Origin: Escherichia phage ECCR664
Direction: 5' to 3' (one strand)
Length of the DNA stretch: 64,000 nt
Sequence record: OL631257.1
This document shows positions 1-10,166 of the stretch, piece after piece; the stretch's first letter is position 1; every line of letters begins with the position of its first letter. The translations under genes and the position numbers were made by a program. The notes under the pieces were generated by a model, which was not told the DNA's origin, made no database searches, and saw only the letters and a list, made by a program, of their open reading frames with translations.

Positions 1-127
1 ATCTATCGAGGATGTAAACTGTTTTATGAAAATATTTTTGATTTGAGAGGGGCACAAGGAGATAGTGAAGTGAAGATTCTAATGGATTATATTAGAAATA
101 GGATAAAGAAGACCAGGCGGCACCTGG

Positions 128-445
128 TCAATCTTCTATGATATCAGAGTCGTATCCTAATGAAATCAAGGACTTTTTAAACTCTGCAATATTCTTTTGT
201 TTCTTATCATTTAAAAATATGACAGGATAACGAATATTAAGTGAAGTGAATCCTGCACGTTTAGCAAGAGATACGATTAAAGGACGGTCATATTCAATCT
301 TACCATTATTAGTGAGGACTTTATAAAATGTATAAGGAGCATTGAGCTCCTTTAAAAGTTTTGTAACAGTATAACATCCTGGACAACGTCCAACTTCTTC
401 AGGGATGCCATAGATTTCAATCTTGTTCTTTAAGTTCGAGTTTTG
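128..445 (-). CDS. nrdH: NrdH-like glutaredoxin/redoxin (CPGC motif); start codon uncertain, possible frameshift-fusion with upstream ORF
   Basis: ORF 128..580 C-terminal ~100 aa 'KIEIYGIPEEVGRCPGCY...' is redoxin-like and sits where T4 has nrdH, downstream of nrdG; no in-frame ATG at the expected start. Confidence 0.5.
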   Translation of the reverse strand, partial: QNSNLKNKIEIYGIPEEVGRCPGCYTVTKLLKELNAPYTFYKVLTNNGKIEYDRPLIVSLAKRAGFTSLNIRYPVIFLNDKKQKNIAEFKKSLISLGYDSDIIED

Positions 446-752
446 TTCCACGAGAAATAATTCCTTGGTAAGCCCAATAAGGAGGATTAACAGAATCCTC
501 ACCAGAGTTTTCTTCAGGAAAATAAACCTGGATAACAAATCCAGATGCATCAAATGTAAAATAAACTGTAGGCAGTTCACCTAACAATTCGGCACGAGCA
601 TTAATTTCTTCAAGATCTCGTTCACGTCCAGCCCAAAAACTAGGATTTAGACTACATTCATAGAAATAATAGTCATTACCGAACATATCAAAACCCTTCC
701 AACTCTCTACCACGTACCGCTCAAAACTAATCATAATTAAGCCTTTTATCAA
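417..752 (-). CDS. hypothetical protein (overlaps nrdH-like ORF in another frame)
   Basis: 111-aa ORF, minus strand, in the early-gene block. Confidence 0.4.
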   Translation of the reverse strand: MIKGLIMISFERYVVESWKGFDMFGNDYYFYECSLNPSFWAGRERDLEEINARAELLGELPTVYFTFDASGFVIQVYFPEENSGEDSVNPPYWAYQGIISRGTKLELKEQD

Positions 753-958
753 GAACAGAATTCAGTTTGTTAGTAATTTTATCCAGACGCTCATTGAACT
801 CACTAGAAGATAAGCCCTTTTCTGGAGAAATTAAACTAATCACGAAAAATACACCAGTAAAAGGAATAAGAAAAATAGCTCCAACTGCCATAAACAAAAG
901 AACGTTACAGTTGTAAGAAAATCAGCTAAACCTTTACGAAATTTATACATATTTACCC

Positions 959-1530
959 TTAATTAATTAACCAAGCATTGATAAGCAAACCATATTGCGA
1001 ATAAAATTCTGGACCAAAACGAAAAATCATATCATTTATAGTATCCATAATGTAGTTCAATTTAATCATGTTTCCACACCCCATCGGTATTTGACCAAAG
1101 TCGCTGATTATCTGATCCTCGCCACAGCTTTTTGGTCGGAAGATTTTCTCATACTTCCCATCAATAATAACATCAACATATTTAAGCATTTCTAGTTGTT
1201 TAATATCTTCAAACTTGTATCCTGTCCACAACCAAATGCTTTTATTGGGATAAAGATTTTTGCTGTTTGAACAATGCAATGAATAACATCTCGGTTGTCA
1301 GGATAGAGAGGGTCTCCTCCGGTTATAGTCAATCCTTCTATATAATCATTATTCAAGCATTCAATTAATTGTTCTAGTGTTTCACCGGTGAATGGAATAC
1401 CATTTCTAGCGTTCCATGTTGATTTATTATAACACCCTTCGCATTTATGCAAACAACCTGTAACGAAAAGAACGACCCTGCAACCAGGGCCATTCACAAA
1501 ATCGCAAGGATAAAATCTATCATAATTCAT
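959..1530 (-). CDS. nrdG: anaerobic ribonucleotide reductase activating protein NrdG (radical SAM), frameshifted
   Basis: N-terminus 'MNYDRFYPCDFVNGPGCRVVLFVTGCLHKCEGC' has the radical-SAM CxxxCxxC motif; C-terminal 'WLWTGYKFEDIKQLEMLKYVDVIIDGKYEK' continues in another frame (ORFs 1192..1530 and 959..1279). Confidence 0.85.
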
Positions 1531-3343
1531 TGGTGTTTAACCCTATGCATGATTTCTTTATTTTTACCGAGATTAAATCCGCGTTCGTTCGGATTTCCAA
1601 GATAACCGCATGTTCTTCTTATAGTGTTCATCTTTTTAGGATCAGTTTCTCCACAAACTGAACAAACAAATCCGTTTTCAGTAGGAGTCATTTCATGAGT
1701 ACTTCCGCATGTAAAACATTTATCCACTGGCATATTAACACCAAAATAATCTAAATGTTGTGCAGCATAATCCCAGACAGCCTCAAGACCCTTTAAGTTA
1801 TTTTTCATATCAGGAAGTTCAACATAAGAAATGTGACCACCTGTCGCAATGAAATGATATGGCGCTTCACGAGAAATCTTTTCAAACGGAGTAATATTTT
1901 CTTCTACTGAAACGTGGAAACTATTAGTGTACCAGCCTTTATCGGTAACATCTTTTACGCTTCCATATTTTTCTGTATCAAGTTTACAGAAGCGATAACA
2001 AAGGTTTTCAGCAGGAGTAGAATATAAACTAAAAGCAAATCCAGTTCTTTCAGTCCACTGTTTAAGATGAGCATTCATTTTAGTTAAAATTTCTTGCCCA
2101 ATATCACGACCAACAAGAATATTCAATTCATGAATACCAATGTATCCTAAAGACACTGAACTTCTACCGTTTTTAAATAACTCAATTATATCGTCGTCAG
2201 GTTTAAGACGAACCCCGAATGCACCTTCTTGGTAAAGAATAGGAGCAACAGTCGCTTTAACTCCTTTTAAGGAACTAATTCTACACATCAAAGCTTCAAA
2301 ACATAAATCCATTCGTTCATTGAACAATTCGATAAATTTCTGTTCATTGAATTGTGTTCCAATATAAGAATCTAATGCGATACGAGGAAGATTCAGTGTT
2401 ACAACACCGAGATTATTACGTCCATCAAGAATTTCATTACCGGTTGAATCTTTCCATACGCTCAAGAAACTACGACAACCCATTGGAGAAACAGGAATAG
2501 ATGAGCCAGTGATAGCTTTATTGTTCTTAGCTGAAATAATATCAGGATACATTCTTTTGCTTGCACACTCTAGAGCGAGTTGCTTAATATCATAGTTCGG
2601 ATCATCTTTATAAAGATTAACACCTTCTTCAACAAACATAACAAGTTTAGGAAAAATAGGAGTTATCCCATCACGTCCAAGACCTTTAATGCGGTTTTTA
2701 AGAATTGCCTTCTGAATCATTCGTTCAGTCCAATCAGTTCCTGTTCCAAATGTTATAGTAACAAAAGGAGTTTGTCCGTTTGAACTAAAAAGAGTATTTA
2801 CTTCATATTCATAAGCTTGGAATGCATCGTATACGTCTTTTTCTGTTTTAGATTGAGCATAATTCAACGCATCAGCGATTTGCCATTTTCTGCATCTTCA
2901 ACATGTTTAGCGTATGTACGTTTAACATAAGGAGAAAGAACTTTATCGACATTTGCAAATGTAGTTCCGCCATACTGATGTGAAGCAACTTGTGCAGTAA
3001 TTTGTGCCATAATTGCAGTAGCAACACCAATCGATTTAGGCGTTTCGATTTGAGCATTGCCTAATTTAAATCCATTCTCAAGCATCCCCTTTAAATCGAC
3101 TAAACAGCAATTAGTAAACGGAAGAGCAGGAGAATAATCAATATCATGCATGTGGATAATTCCACTTTCATGCGCATTCATAATAAAAGACGGGACCATA
3201 TTTTTGGCAATGTGCTTAGACACAATACCAGCCATAAGGTCCCGTTGAGTTGGAAAAACACGAGAATCTTTATTAGCATTCTCGTTCAAAAGATCTTTAT
3301 TAGTTTTATAAATTAATCCTTCAATTTCTTTTTCAATTTTCAT
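1527..3343 (-). CDS. nrdD: anaerobic ribonucleoside-triphosphate reductase NrdD (glycyl radical enzyme), intron-less, one frameshift near 2864-2890
   Basis: ORFs 2864..3343 and 1527..2867 together match T4 NrdD end to end; glycyl-radical motif 'RRTCGYLG' and C-terminal Zn ribbon present; the break falls at a T4 run around 2886-2889. Confidence 0.95.
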
Positions 3344-3344
3344 T

Positions 3345-3812
3345 TTAAACTCTTTCTAAGCTGCTTTTGAATGAAGCTATTAATTGTGTTTTAGTATCAG
3401 ATTCATTATATTCAAATCCTCTTTGAAGCATCTCAGTCATCATTTCCTCTTTACCTAGTCTTGAGAACTCTTTAGTTTTGTCTGGAACAAAATTAGGATG
3501 GATATTATTATCAGAATAATCTTGTTTCAAATAAGCAAGAAGAGCTTCAAGCCATTCGAGGTAATCAACGTTTTGACCTTTAAGACCAGAACGGTTGAAC
3601 TTATGCTTCATTTGACCTTCTGCTGCATTGCACAGGTTACATAGTAAACCACGAACCTTACCAGCTTTTGGCCCGTTTAATTCATGGTCGTGGTCAAGAT
3701 GGTTACCTTGAACATCAGGGTCTAATTCACGGTGGCAAATAGGACACTTACCGTTCTGTGCATCATAAAATTTTTGTTTTTCTTCTTTATATTTTGCGCC
3801 TGATAATAACAT
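3345..3812 (-). CDS. 49: endonuclease VII (Holliday junction resolvase) gp49
   Basis: 155 aa 'MLLSGAKYKEEKQKFYDAQNGKC...HLDHDHELNGPKAGKVRGLLCNLCN' is near-identical to T4 gp49. Confidence 0.95.
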   Translation of the reverse strand: MLLSGAKYKEEKQKFYDAQNGKCPICHRELDPDVQGNHLDHDHELNGPKAGKVRGLLCNLCNAAEGQMKHKFNRSGLKGQNVDYLEWLEALLAYLKQDYSDNNIHPNFVPDKTKEFSRLGKEEMMTEMLQRGFEYNESDTKTQLIASFKSSLERV

Positions 3813-3841
3813 GATAAACCCTTACCTTAAATAGATAAGGG

Positions 3842-3849
3842 TATTTATA
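3842..3849 (-). promoter_or_regulatory. T4-type late promoter (TATAAATA on minus strand) upstream of gene 49
   Basis: Plus strand 'tatttata' is the reverse complement of TATAAATA, about 30 nt upstream of the gene 49 start. Confidence 0.4.
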
Positions 3850-3851
3850 AT

Positions 3852-3944
3852 TTAGTAAACGTTATAAAAGTCACGATGAAAACGTTTATATTGACGAATC
3901 ATTTTCTTAGTAGGACGTGTTACTGAAATAATTGAAGTCCTCAT
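3852..3944 (-). CDS. small basic protein (30 aa), copy 1 of a duplicated ORF
   Basis: 'MRTSIISVTRPTKKMIRQYKRFHRDFYNVY'; paralogous to the peptide encoded at 4455..4590 ('...TVRPTKRQLRKAKRSHRNFYREY'). Confidence 0.3.
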   Translation of the reverse strand: MRTSIISVTRPTKKMIRQYKRFHRDFYNVY

Positions 3945-4039
3945 ATTTGGATTGTTTGGGGCCCCAATCATAATAAATTTCCAGGATTTTTGCCCATTTT
4001 TCTTTCACCATAAAATAATTCAGTTTTCATAATAAACCT

Positions 4040-4453
4040 TTAACTTAAACGTCTTTCTAAATATTCAATGTATTCCGCTGCGGCTTGCATCAGATTACCT
4101 TCATAACCGTCATTATTTTCTTGGGCGGCTAATTTAGCTAAAGCATAAGAAATACGTTCACCTTCGAATTTGCCAAGTTCACTGTCACAAACTACTTGGT
4201 CAATTTCTTCGAGTTCATCTATTGAATGGGATTCCCAGAAGCACCAAAGACAAGTATCACGGTCATAGATGCAAAGTTTCTCACCTGTGTTCAACATCAC
4301 TTCGATAATGCCATGGTCGCCATAACCATCTTCGGTAGTAGTACCAATTACCTTGATGATTGTTCCTTTCTTTAATTCAGGAAACTTGACTTGTAGTTCT
4401 TCATCTTCTTTAACAATCTTGAACCATTTACCGCGAGTTTCAGAAATATTCAT
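4040..4453 (-). CDS. hypothetical protein (about 138 aa, start at 'MNISETRGKWFK')
   Basis: ORF 4040..4570; internal ATG at 4451-4453 is the likely start; sits in the T4 '49/pin' neighbourhood. Confidence 0.5.
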   Translation of the reverse strand: MNISETRGKWFKIVKEDEELQVKFPELKKGTIIKVIGTTTEDGYGDHGIIEVMLNTGEKLCIYDRDTCLWCFWESHSIDELEEIDQVVCDSELGKFEGERISYALAKLAAQENNDGYEGNLMQAAAEYIEYLERRLS

Positions 4454-4454
4454 A

Positions 4455-4590
4455 TCAATATTCTCTATAAAAGTTACGATGAGAACGTTTAGCTTTGCGA
4501 AGCTGACGTTTAGTAGGACGAACTGTAAATGGTTGCCCAGAGAAAAATTCGGATCGGTTTTAATAAGCAAATACCAATCGTGCTTGCCAT
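4455..4590 (-). CDS. small basic protein, copy 2 of duplicated ORF (frameshift suspected)
   Basis: Frame encodes '...GQPFTVRPTKRQLRKAKRSHRNFYREY*'; upstream ATG 'MASTIGICLLKPIRIF' is in another frame across a T-run. Confidence 0.25.
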
Positions 4591-4611
4591 TTTTAATAAA
4601 CGGTACAATAA

Positions 4612-5108
4612 TTTAACTTGCATAATAATCTCTTCCCATCTCCATATCAATTAATTCATTTATTGAAGGTTCATCATAACATGTTTCTTCGTCGTTGTAA
4701 ACTGTTTCGACGTCTGGCTCGACAGTCTCCCATCGAGCAGAATACCACGGTTTAACCCCGGAGTTTATTGAGCTCTTCATAATCAATCCAGGATTCTAGC
4801 CCTGACGGCAGGTCACATTCAATGTTCCACAGAAGCTCTTCAATGGCTTGCAGGCGATTATATTCTTCAACGGTAATGGTAACCATTGGTGCAACCGGTT
4901 CTGCCTTTTTAACCATCATATCGTTCATCAGGACGTAAAGGTCATCACGAACGACAGTGTCGTTCCAACCCCATGATTTGGCTTCGTAAGCTAATGATGA
5001 AGGGAGCACATTTAAAACTTCAATAATAGTTGGAGCATCAGGACCAAGTTCATTGGCACAAACTTCGTATACATCTTGGAAATCTTTAAGATTTAATGAA
5101 TATGTCAT
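4612..5108 (-). CDS. hypothetical protein (possible 3' frameshift; ORF 4752..5108 plus continuation)
   Basis: 118-aa ORF 4752..5108; a further coding frame continues to about 4612. Confidence 0.45.
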
Positions 5109-5367
5109 TTAAAATATTCTCGTAGTTGGTCAAAGCCACCGATCGAAGTTCCATCAGGAGCAAACACTTGAGGCATAGTCAATCCGACTTGTGATTCACG
5201 TCCAAGCTTAACAAGAAGCTCAGCAATTTTCTCATCATCGAACACACCTTTTCTGGCATAACATTAATGAATTCAAATGGCTGTTTCTTAACAGTCAGCA
5301 GTCGTTTCGCATTGTCGCAATAAATGCATTTATGAATAGTAGAGTCGTACCCGTACACTTTAAACAT
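5105..5367 (-). CDS. nrdC: thioredoxin/glutaredoxin NrdC, frameshifted
   Basis: 'MFKVYGYDSTIHKCIYCDNAKRLLTVKKQPFEFINVMPEK' matches T4 NrdC; the C-terminal 'GVFDDEKIAELL...GGFDQLREYFK' is in the -1 frame after a T4 run at 5249-5252. Confidence 0.9.
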
Positions 5368-5773
5368 TATTTTTCCTTTCATCGATTAAATATGCAACGC
5401 CAAATACAATACATGTAATAAAACCTGTGATACAGATAGAAACCAACAACACTGTACCAAAGAACCAAATCAAGTTATCTTTAGTAGTTTGTTTGATATC
5501 CATCTCACGAATTTCTATAGCTATCGTATCACCTTTATTCAGAAGCGTATAAAACGACGGTGATACATGCCTGTCAAAAACTCGACCTTGTTCATCTTTA
5601 TAGACTGCAATAAATTCTAATTTAGAATATTTTCCTGTAGATTGACCTGAAATTAATTCCACTACCTCCACAGGAATTACTTTAGTTTCCATGTAAGTAT
5701 TCTGGCTGTTCCAAATGAACGGAATAATGGCAAAAACTAAAGCTGCGATAAAACAACGAAGGCTATATCTCAT
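5360..5773 (-). CDS. predicted membrane protein (2 TM)
   Basis: 137-aa ORF with hydrophobic segments 'CFIAALVFAIIPFIW' and 'IWFFGTVLLVSICITGFITCIVFGVAYLI'. Confidence 0.5.
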   Translation of the reverse strand: MRYSLRCFIAALVFAIIPFIWNSQNTYMETKVIPVEVVELISGQSTGKYSKLEFIAVYKDEQGRVFDRHVSPSFYTLLNKGDTIAIEIREMDIKQTTKDNLIWFFGTVLLVSICITGFITCIVFGVAYLIDERKNNV

Positions 5774-6078
5774 TATAATGTTCTCTCAAATTTGTGGAAG
5801 CATTTACGGCATTTCAATTTCAAGTTATCAGTGGTCCAGTTAACCAGTTGGACTTGGATAGTTCCACATTCTGGACATGGATGTTTTGCTGCCGATTTGG
5901 CAGCATTTTCACGTCGTTCAACCATTTTCATTATTTCGTTCCATGCCGGAGGAACGAACTCTTCTTCACCGTGGATTTTATCTCGCTGAACAAATTCAAT
6001 CTTTGAACTATCGTCAATAAACTTAACCAAGCCATGATTAGTGCTCATATCAATATCCTCTAGAAGACGTAGTTTCAT
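5773..6078 (-). CDS. zinc-ribbon protein
   Basis: 101 aa with 'CPECG...CRKC' Cys4 pattern. Confidence 0.5.
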   Translation of the reverse strand: MKLRLLEDIDMSTNHGLVKFIDDSSKIEFVQRDKIHGEEEFVPPAWNEIMKMVERRENAAKSAAKHPCPECGTIQVQLVNWTTDNLKLKCRKCFHKFERTL

Positions 6079-7027
6079 TATAACACCTCAATGGCATTTC
6101 GTAAACCATCCGCTTTCGCATTCAGAACTTTTAACGATTTAGTTTGTTCTGCAATCTGGGCTTCGACTTCTTTCAGACGAGATTTGAGGTACTCACGTTC
6201 TTCTCTTAAATTATCAACTTTTTCTACTTTAGGTTCTTTAATAGGCTTAAGTTTATACATATTAGGGTTCTTCAGTTTAATTTGAATTCGAGAACTGAAT
6301 AACATTGAACCGTTATCTTCAGTTTCGCTGAACATTTCAACAACATCCATAGTCTGTAACATCATACGAAGTTTATAAGACAGCGAACGAACGGTTTTGT
6401 TGTGCTTATTAATTTCTTCAGCTTTCATGGTACCGAGATTACGTGAGTAGTAATAAGGAACCTGGATATCAATTGATAATGATGCGTTACCATTACCGGT
6501 TGGTTTGAATACTGCAGTAACCCAATCTTTAACATGAACTTTATTTGTACGACCATCACCGCCAGTGAATAATTTACGAGAATGTTTAAAAAGCATATTC
6601 ACTTGGTTATTGAATTCACAAGCAAATTTATCAGCAAATTTAGTTTCAGGAATTGTAGATAACCAATCAGCTAAATGAGTCTTTTAACATCGTTAATAAT
6701 AGTAAATTCAACCAAATCGGTTTTAGATGTCACAGATTTAATAAAGCTCGGTTTCATAAAGTTTTTAATGTTATCGCGAGCTACAGTAGAAGATAATAAA
6801 CGAGAACGTTTGAACCATTGAAGCAGCGTCCCTAATGAATGAGAATATGCATTTTGAGTATCTTTACAGATATGATTTTCTTGGCCGGTATATGTACCAA
6901 AATCGCGAAGAATACCACTTACTACATCTCGGTGTGGAACATCAAATCCTAATGAACCAGAAGCACGTTGGGCATGAACATTAGCGATAAGACCTGCAAA
7001 ATAATCAATGTAATGTGAACGTGTCAT
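6078..7027 (-). CDS. hypothetical protein (about 316 aa, frameshift about 6600-6690), coiled-coil C-terminus
   Basis: ORFs 6671..7027 and 6078..6602 are adjacent on the minus strand with coding continuity across frames. Confidence 0.45.
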
Positions 7028-7055
7028 AATATTTTCCTCTCGTTAAGATAGATTC

Positions 7056-7085
7056 ATTATACTCTAACCATCCTTGGTTGTAAAC
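7056..7085 (-). promoter_or_regulatory. T4-type early promoter
   Basis: Minus strand GTTTAC, 18 nt, TATAAT immediately upstream of 6078..7027. Confidence 0.55.
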
Positions 7086-7089
7086 TGAT

Positions 7090-8047
7090 TTATGATTTTA
7101 ATGCATTCATTGCGTTAAAAAGTTTAGAGTACTGCAACTGGAGATTGGTAACTACTTGTTGAGCATCACGAAGCTTAGCTTGTGCTTTGTCAAGTTCAAC
7201 AGACAGTTGGTCCATAGTGGCCTTGATTTGATTGTAATGGTAATCTTCGGCCGGAAGAAGGTCATTAGAAACATTTAGTTTTACTGCAGACAGTTTGCAC
7301 ACATTTGGCAAACCTTTAAACATTGATTTACCCGAAGTAGAATAAGCACTTAAGACTTCGGCCTGTTCAATTGGGGTCCCAGTAAGCGATGCTTCAAACA
7401 ATGCATTTTCCTTTTAAGATTTTGATAGTATTCAGAGTCTTTGTGCCACCATGGCGCAGGAACCTTTTACCAATAGATACACGAGCCTGGATAGCGATAT
7501 GGCCCTTATTCTTAATAGGGTTGATAATATTAAGCTCACGAGAATAAATCGCTTTAATCTGGTGGATATTATCACCTAAAACTTCCAACGCTTGGTGGAA
7601 TACACGAGCAACGTTATCATTCTTAGGTTTATACGTAAGAGTGAACTCATTCTCACTGATAACCATGATTTCTAACTTATCGTAAGTATATTTCAAATGT
7701 TTCATGTTAATTGCTTGAGGACGAATACGAGAAGCAATGGCCATCAGATTGTTAAGGTTATTTCGGAACTGTTTAGCGAAATATTGTCCTTCACCGCCGA
7801 TACAAAAATTACGAAGTTTCTGTTTGGCTAATAAACGGCTGAACTCACCATTTTTAATGAACTCTTTAACGGGTGTGTTAGTAACGCATTCAAATTGAGT
7901 AAACTTACGAGAAGTAATCCCATAATATGAACAGATTTCCTCAATCTCTTCAGGAGTCTTTACAGGCATACGGATAGGATTAGGTCCTGGAGTATATGCG
8001 TTCGAGGTAAATTCTTTGATAAGTTCTCTACGTGTAATAAAAGCCAT
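7090..8047 (-). CDS. hypothetical protein (about 319 aa, frameshift about 7394-7401)
   Basis: ORFs 7394..8047 and 7090..7401 overlap by 8 nt in different frames. Confidence 0.45.
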
Positions 8048-8073
8048 TTTATATTCCTCATGTTGAAAAATTT

Positions 8074-8102
8074 ATTATACTCCAACCATCCTTGGTTGTA
8101 CA
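8074..8102 (-). promoter_or_regulatory. T4-type early promoter
   Basis: Minus strand TGTACA, 17 nt, TATAAT upstream of 7090..8047. Confidence 0.5.
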
Positions 8103-9098
8103 TCATTCCTTAAGAAGTTTTACTACTTGAATAAGATTAGCTCGTTCTGTTTTATTTTTACCATTTAAGCCTGCTAATCGTGAGATTTCATCGTCAGTCT
8201 GTTGAATAGTTACATTAAGTTCGTTAATCAAAGCTTCAAAGTATTTGATTTGCTCAGCATGTTTTGATTCAAATTTCTGAACCGGAATAACGTCTTGGTT
8301 TAGTTCGTCAATAAGGTCTTTAAGAGCATCTTCTTGGTTGATATCGTATTCAACTTCTTTTATTTCTTCAACTAGCTCGTCTTTATATCTAACGTCTTTT
8401 AGTCCTGGTGCTGGTCCTGAAATCTCTTCTTTAAGAGTACAAACATACCCAATACGGTATCCAGTGTCGTCTCGCTTGATATCAACTTCGTCGATAAATC
8501 CACAATGTTTGAGACCAGAGCCGATTAGGTCAAAATATCCTTGACGACGTCCTTCAAACGTTACACGAACTACTAAGACAGTTTTGCCTGCAATCTTTTG
8601 AAGCTCACATTTATAAAAGTCAGTTGAACCTGAATAACGTGGATGAGTTTTAAAGTTCATCTGTCGATCTAGGCCCATTTGTAAACGTGCTGTTACGGCC
8701 ATAAAACGTGTTTGGTTCTCGTTAAGATGAGCAACAATCCATTTCAAAGGCATTTTACACTGTTCACGACCGAACAAATCAGTACGTCCTAGATTACGCA
8801 GGATGTTGTTAGAGTTAATCATCGACAGAACGTTAAGTTTATTCAGCGCGCTGAAGATTCCATCAGCCATTGATTTTCCGTAGCCTTTACACGCTTTAAT
8901 AAGCGCTCGCGGTAGATTAGTATAGATTTCAGACGGCATATGAAAATCAAATTTACTAACCAGTAATTGATGAACTTGGATAGCAATTCGTTCATAATTA
9001 AGCGCTCTGCGATCATTATGGTCTTTAAACCACACTTTAATCTGTGAAGCACATAAACCGTTAATTTCATGTTTTATCGCATCAGATGTAATGCTCAT
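8103..9098 (-). CDS. hypothetical protein (331 aa), C-terminal coiled coil
   Basis: Intact 331-aa ORF; no recognisable catalytic motif. Confidence 0.55.
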   Translation of the reverse strand: MSITSDAIKHEINGLCASQIKVWFKDHNDRRALNYERIAIQVHQLLVSKFDFHMPSEIYTNLPRALIKACKGYGKSMADGIFSALNKLNVLSMINSNNILRNLGRTDLFGREQCKMPLKWIVAHLNENQTRFMAVTARLQMGLDRQMNFKTHPRYSGSTDFYKCELQKIAGKTVLVVRVTFEGRRQGYFDLIGSGLKHCGFIDEVDIKRDDTGYRIGYVCTLKEEISGPAPGLKDVRYKDELVEEIKEVEYDINQEDALKDLIDELNQDVIPVQKFESKHAEQIKYFEALINELNVTIQQTDDEISRLAGLNGKNKTERANLIQVVKLLKE

Positions 9099-9160
9099 AA
9101 CTATTTCCTCAGATTGAATTGGAACTCAAAACCATTATAACCCGTCCTTGGGTAAAGCGT

Positions 9161-9373
9161 TTATGCGTGAACCGTCTTTAAACGTTCTTCAAATTTCCGA
9201 AGAGTACTAATACGTTCTGCTTTCTGTTTTGTATAGTTTGCAATACGTTCTGAAGTGAGAGCGTATCGTTCGTTTACTGTTTCTTTCATGAAGTCAGGGA
9301 TTTCACGAGAAGCTTTAATTTCATCAAACTTATCGAGTACTGCCTGGTCTTCAGCGATTAAATTTTCGTACAT
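9161..9373 (-). CDS. hypothetical protein (70 aa)
   Basis: ORF in early block. Confidence 0.4.
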   Translation of the reverse strand: MYENLIAEDQAVLDKFDEIKASREIPDFMKETVNERYALTSERIANYTKQKAERISTLRKFEERLKTVHA

Positions 9374-9434
9374 CTCGATATCTTTCTTAATGAAGTCGAT
9401 ATCTTCCTGTGTTACTTTGGATAAACGAGATGCT

Positions 9435-9686
9435 TTATCCTTTTGTACTGCTCGTTAGTTTCACGAGACCAGAATAATGTACGTTTTTGTTAGTGTTTTT
9501 GTAGACTTCCACAATTCCAACTGAATCGATGATAACAATCCAATTCCAGCGAGATTTGAAAATCTGACCTCCATCCACGGTAATCTCATTACCATAAGCA
9601 ACGTCATTAAAGAACTTGCTTTGTGCTTCAGATTTAAATTTACCGTCGTTATAATTTACCAGGTTGAAAATATCTTTAGCGTTCAT
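9435..9686 (-). CDS. hypothetical protein (83 aa)
   Basis: ORF with RBS and early promoter upstream. Confidence 0.4.
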   Translation of the reverse strand: MNAKDIFNLVNYNDGKFKSEAQSKFFNDVAYGNEITVDGGQIFKSRWNWIVIIDSVGIVEVYKNTNKNVHYSGLVKLTSSTKG

Positions 9687-9713
9687 GTTTTACCTCCAGT
9701 AGTTGATAGGTCT

Positions 9714-9742
9714 ATAATAACATAATCATAGACCTTGTAAAC
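9714..9742 (-). promoter_or_regulatory. T4-type early promoter
   Basis: Minus strand GTTTAC, 17 nt, TATTAT. Confidence 0.5.
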
Positions 9743-9744
9743 AA

Positions 9745-10056
9745 CTAAAAGAAACTTTTTCGGTATTTTTCCACTGAACCAAACCGACTTCGGGATTTTT
9801 GTAATTTTTCAGATTTAAGTTTCTCTTCCTGTTCTTTCTTATATACACCCTTGTCGTACTGGAGCATCTCTATGGCATTCTTTTGCAAACGATCTAAGGT
9901 AATTAAGGCTTTAGTTTTTCCTTTCAAGGAAGAGTCCTGGCGAACCTCCTCGCTATATTGCATTGTAGAACTAACCATACGATGAGCATAGAGTTCGACT
10001 GCTGCTTTGATTTTTGCATAAAATCCATAACATATCCTCTTTGATTTGTACATCAT
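9745..10056 (-). CDS. hypothetical protein (103 aa, Lys-rich C-terminus)
   Basis: ORF. Confidence 0.4.
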   Translation of the reverse strand: MMYKSKRICYGFYAKIKAAVELYAHRMVSSTMQYSEEVRQDSSLKGKTKALITLDRLQKNAIEMLQYDKGVYKKEQEEKLKSEKLQKSRSRFGSVEKYRKSFF

Positions 10057-10166
10057 TATTTTTAAATATTTCTATGCCCTCAGTAGGTTCCTGGTGTCCT
10101 TCTTTGAGGTAAGCCATATGATTATTCATCTTTATGGCTTTTGTTACCTCAGAACTTCCTATAAGC

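Noticed and set aside
2864-2890. The nrdD break as a group I intron or programmed ribosomal frameshift
   Set aside because: The two exons abut with a single missing base in a short homopolymer, and the same error type recurs in about 30 genes; an intron would insert hundreds of bases.
995-6285. Plus-strand ORFs (995..1195, 2580..2783, 4353..4616, 5792..5989, 5794..6006, 6091..6285) inside the minus-strand early block
   Set aside because: They are antisense to well-supported genes (nrdG, nrdD and neighbours), lack ribosome-binding sites and promoters, and have low-complexity translations; judged to be chance ORFs.
9133-9156. An early promoter upstream of 8103..9098 ('attata' then 'gtaaag')
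   Set aside because: The spacer between the hexamers is only about 12 nt, too short for a sigma70 promoter.
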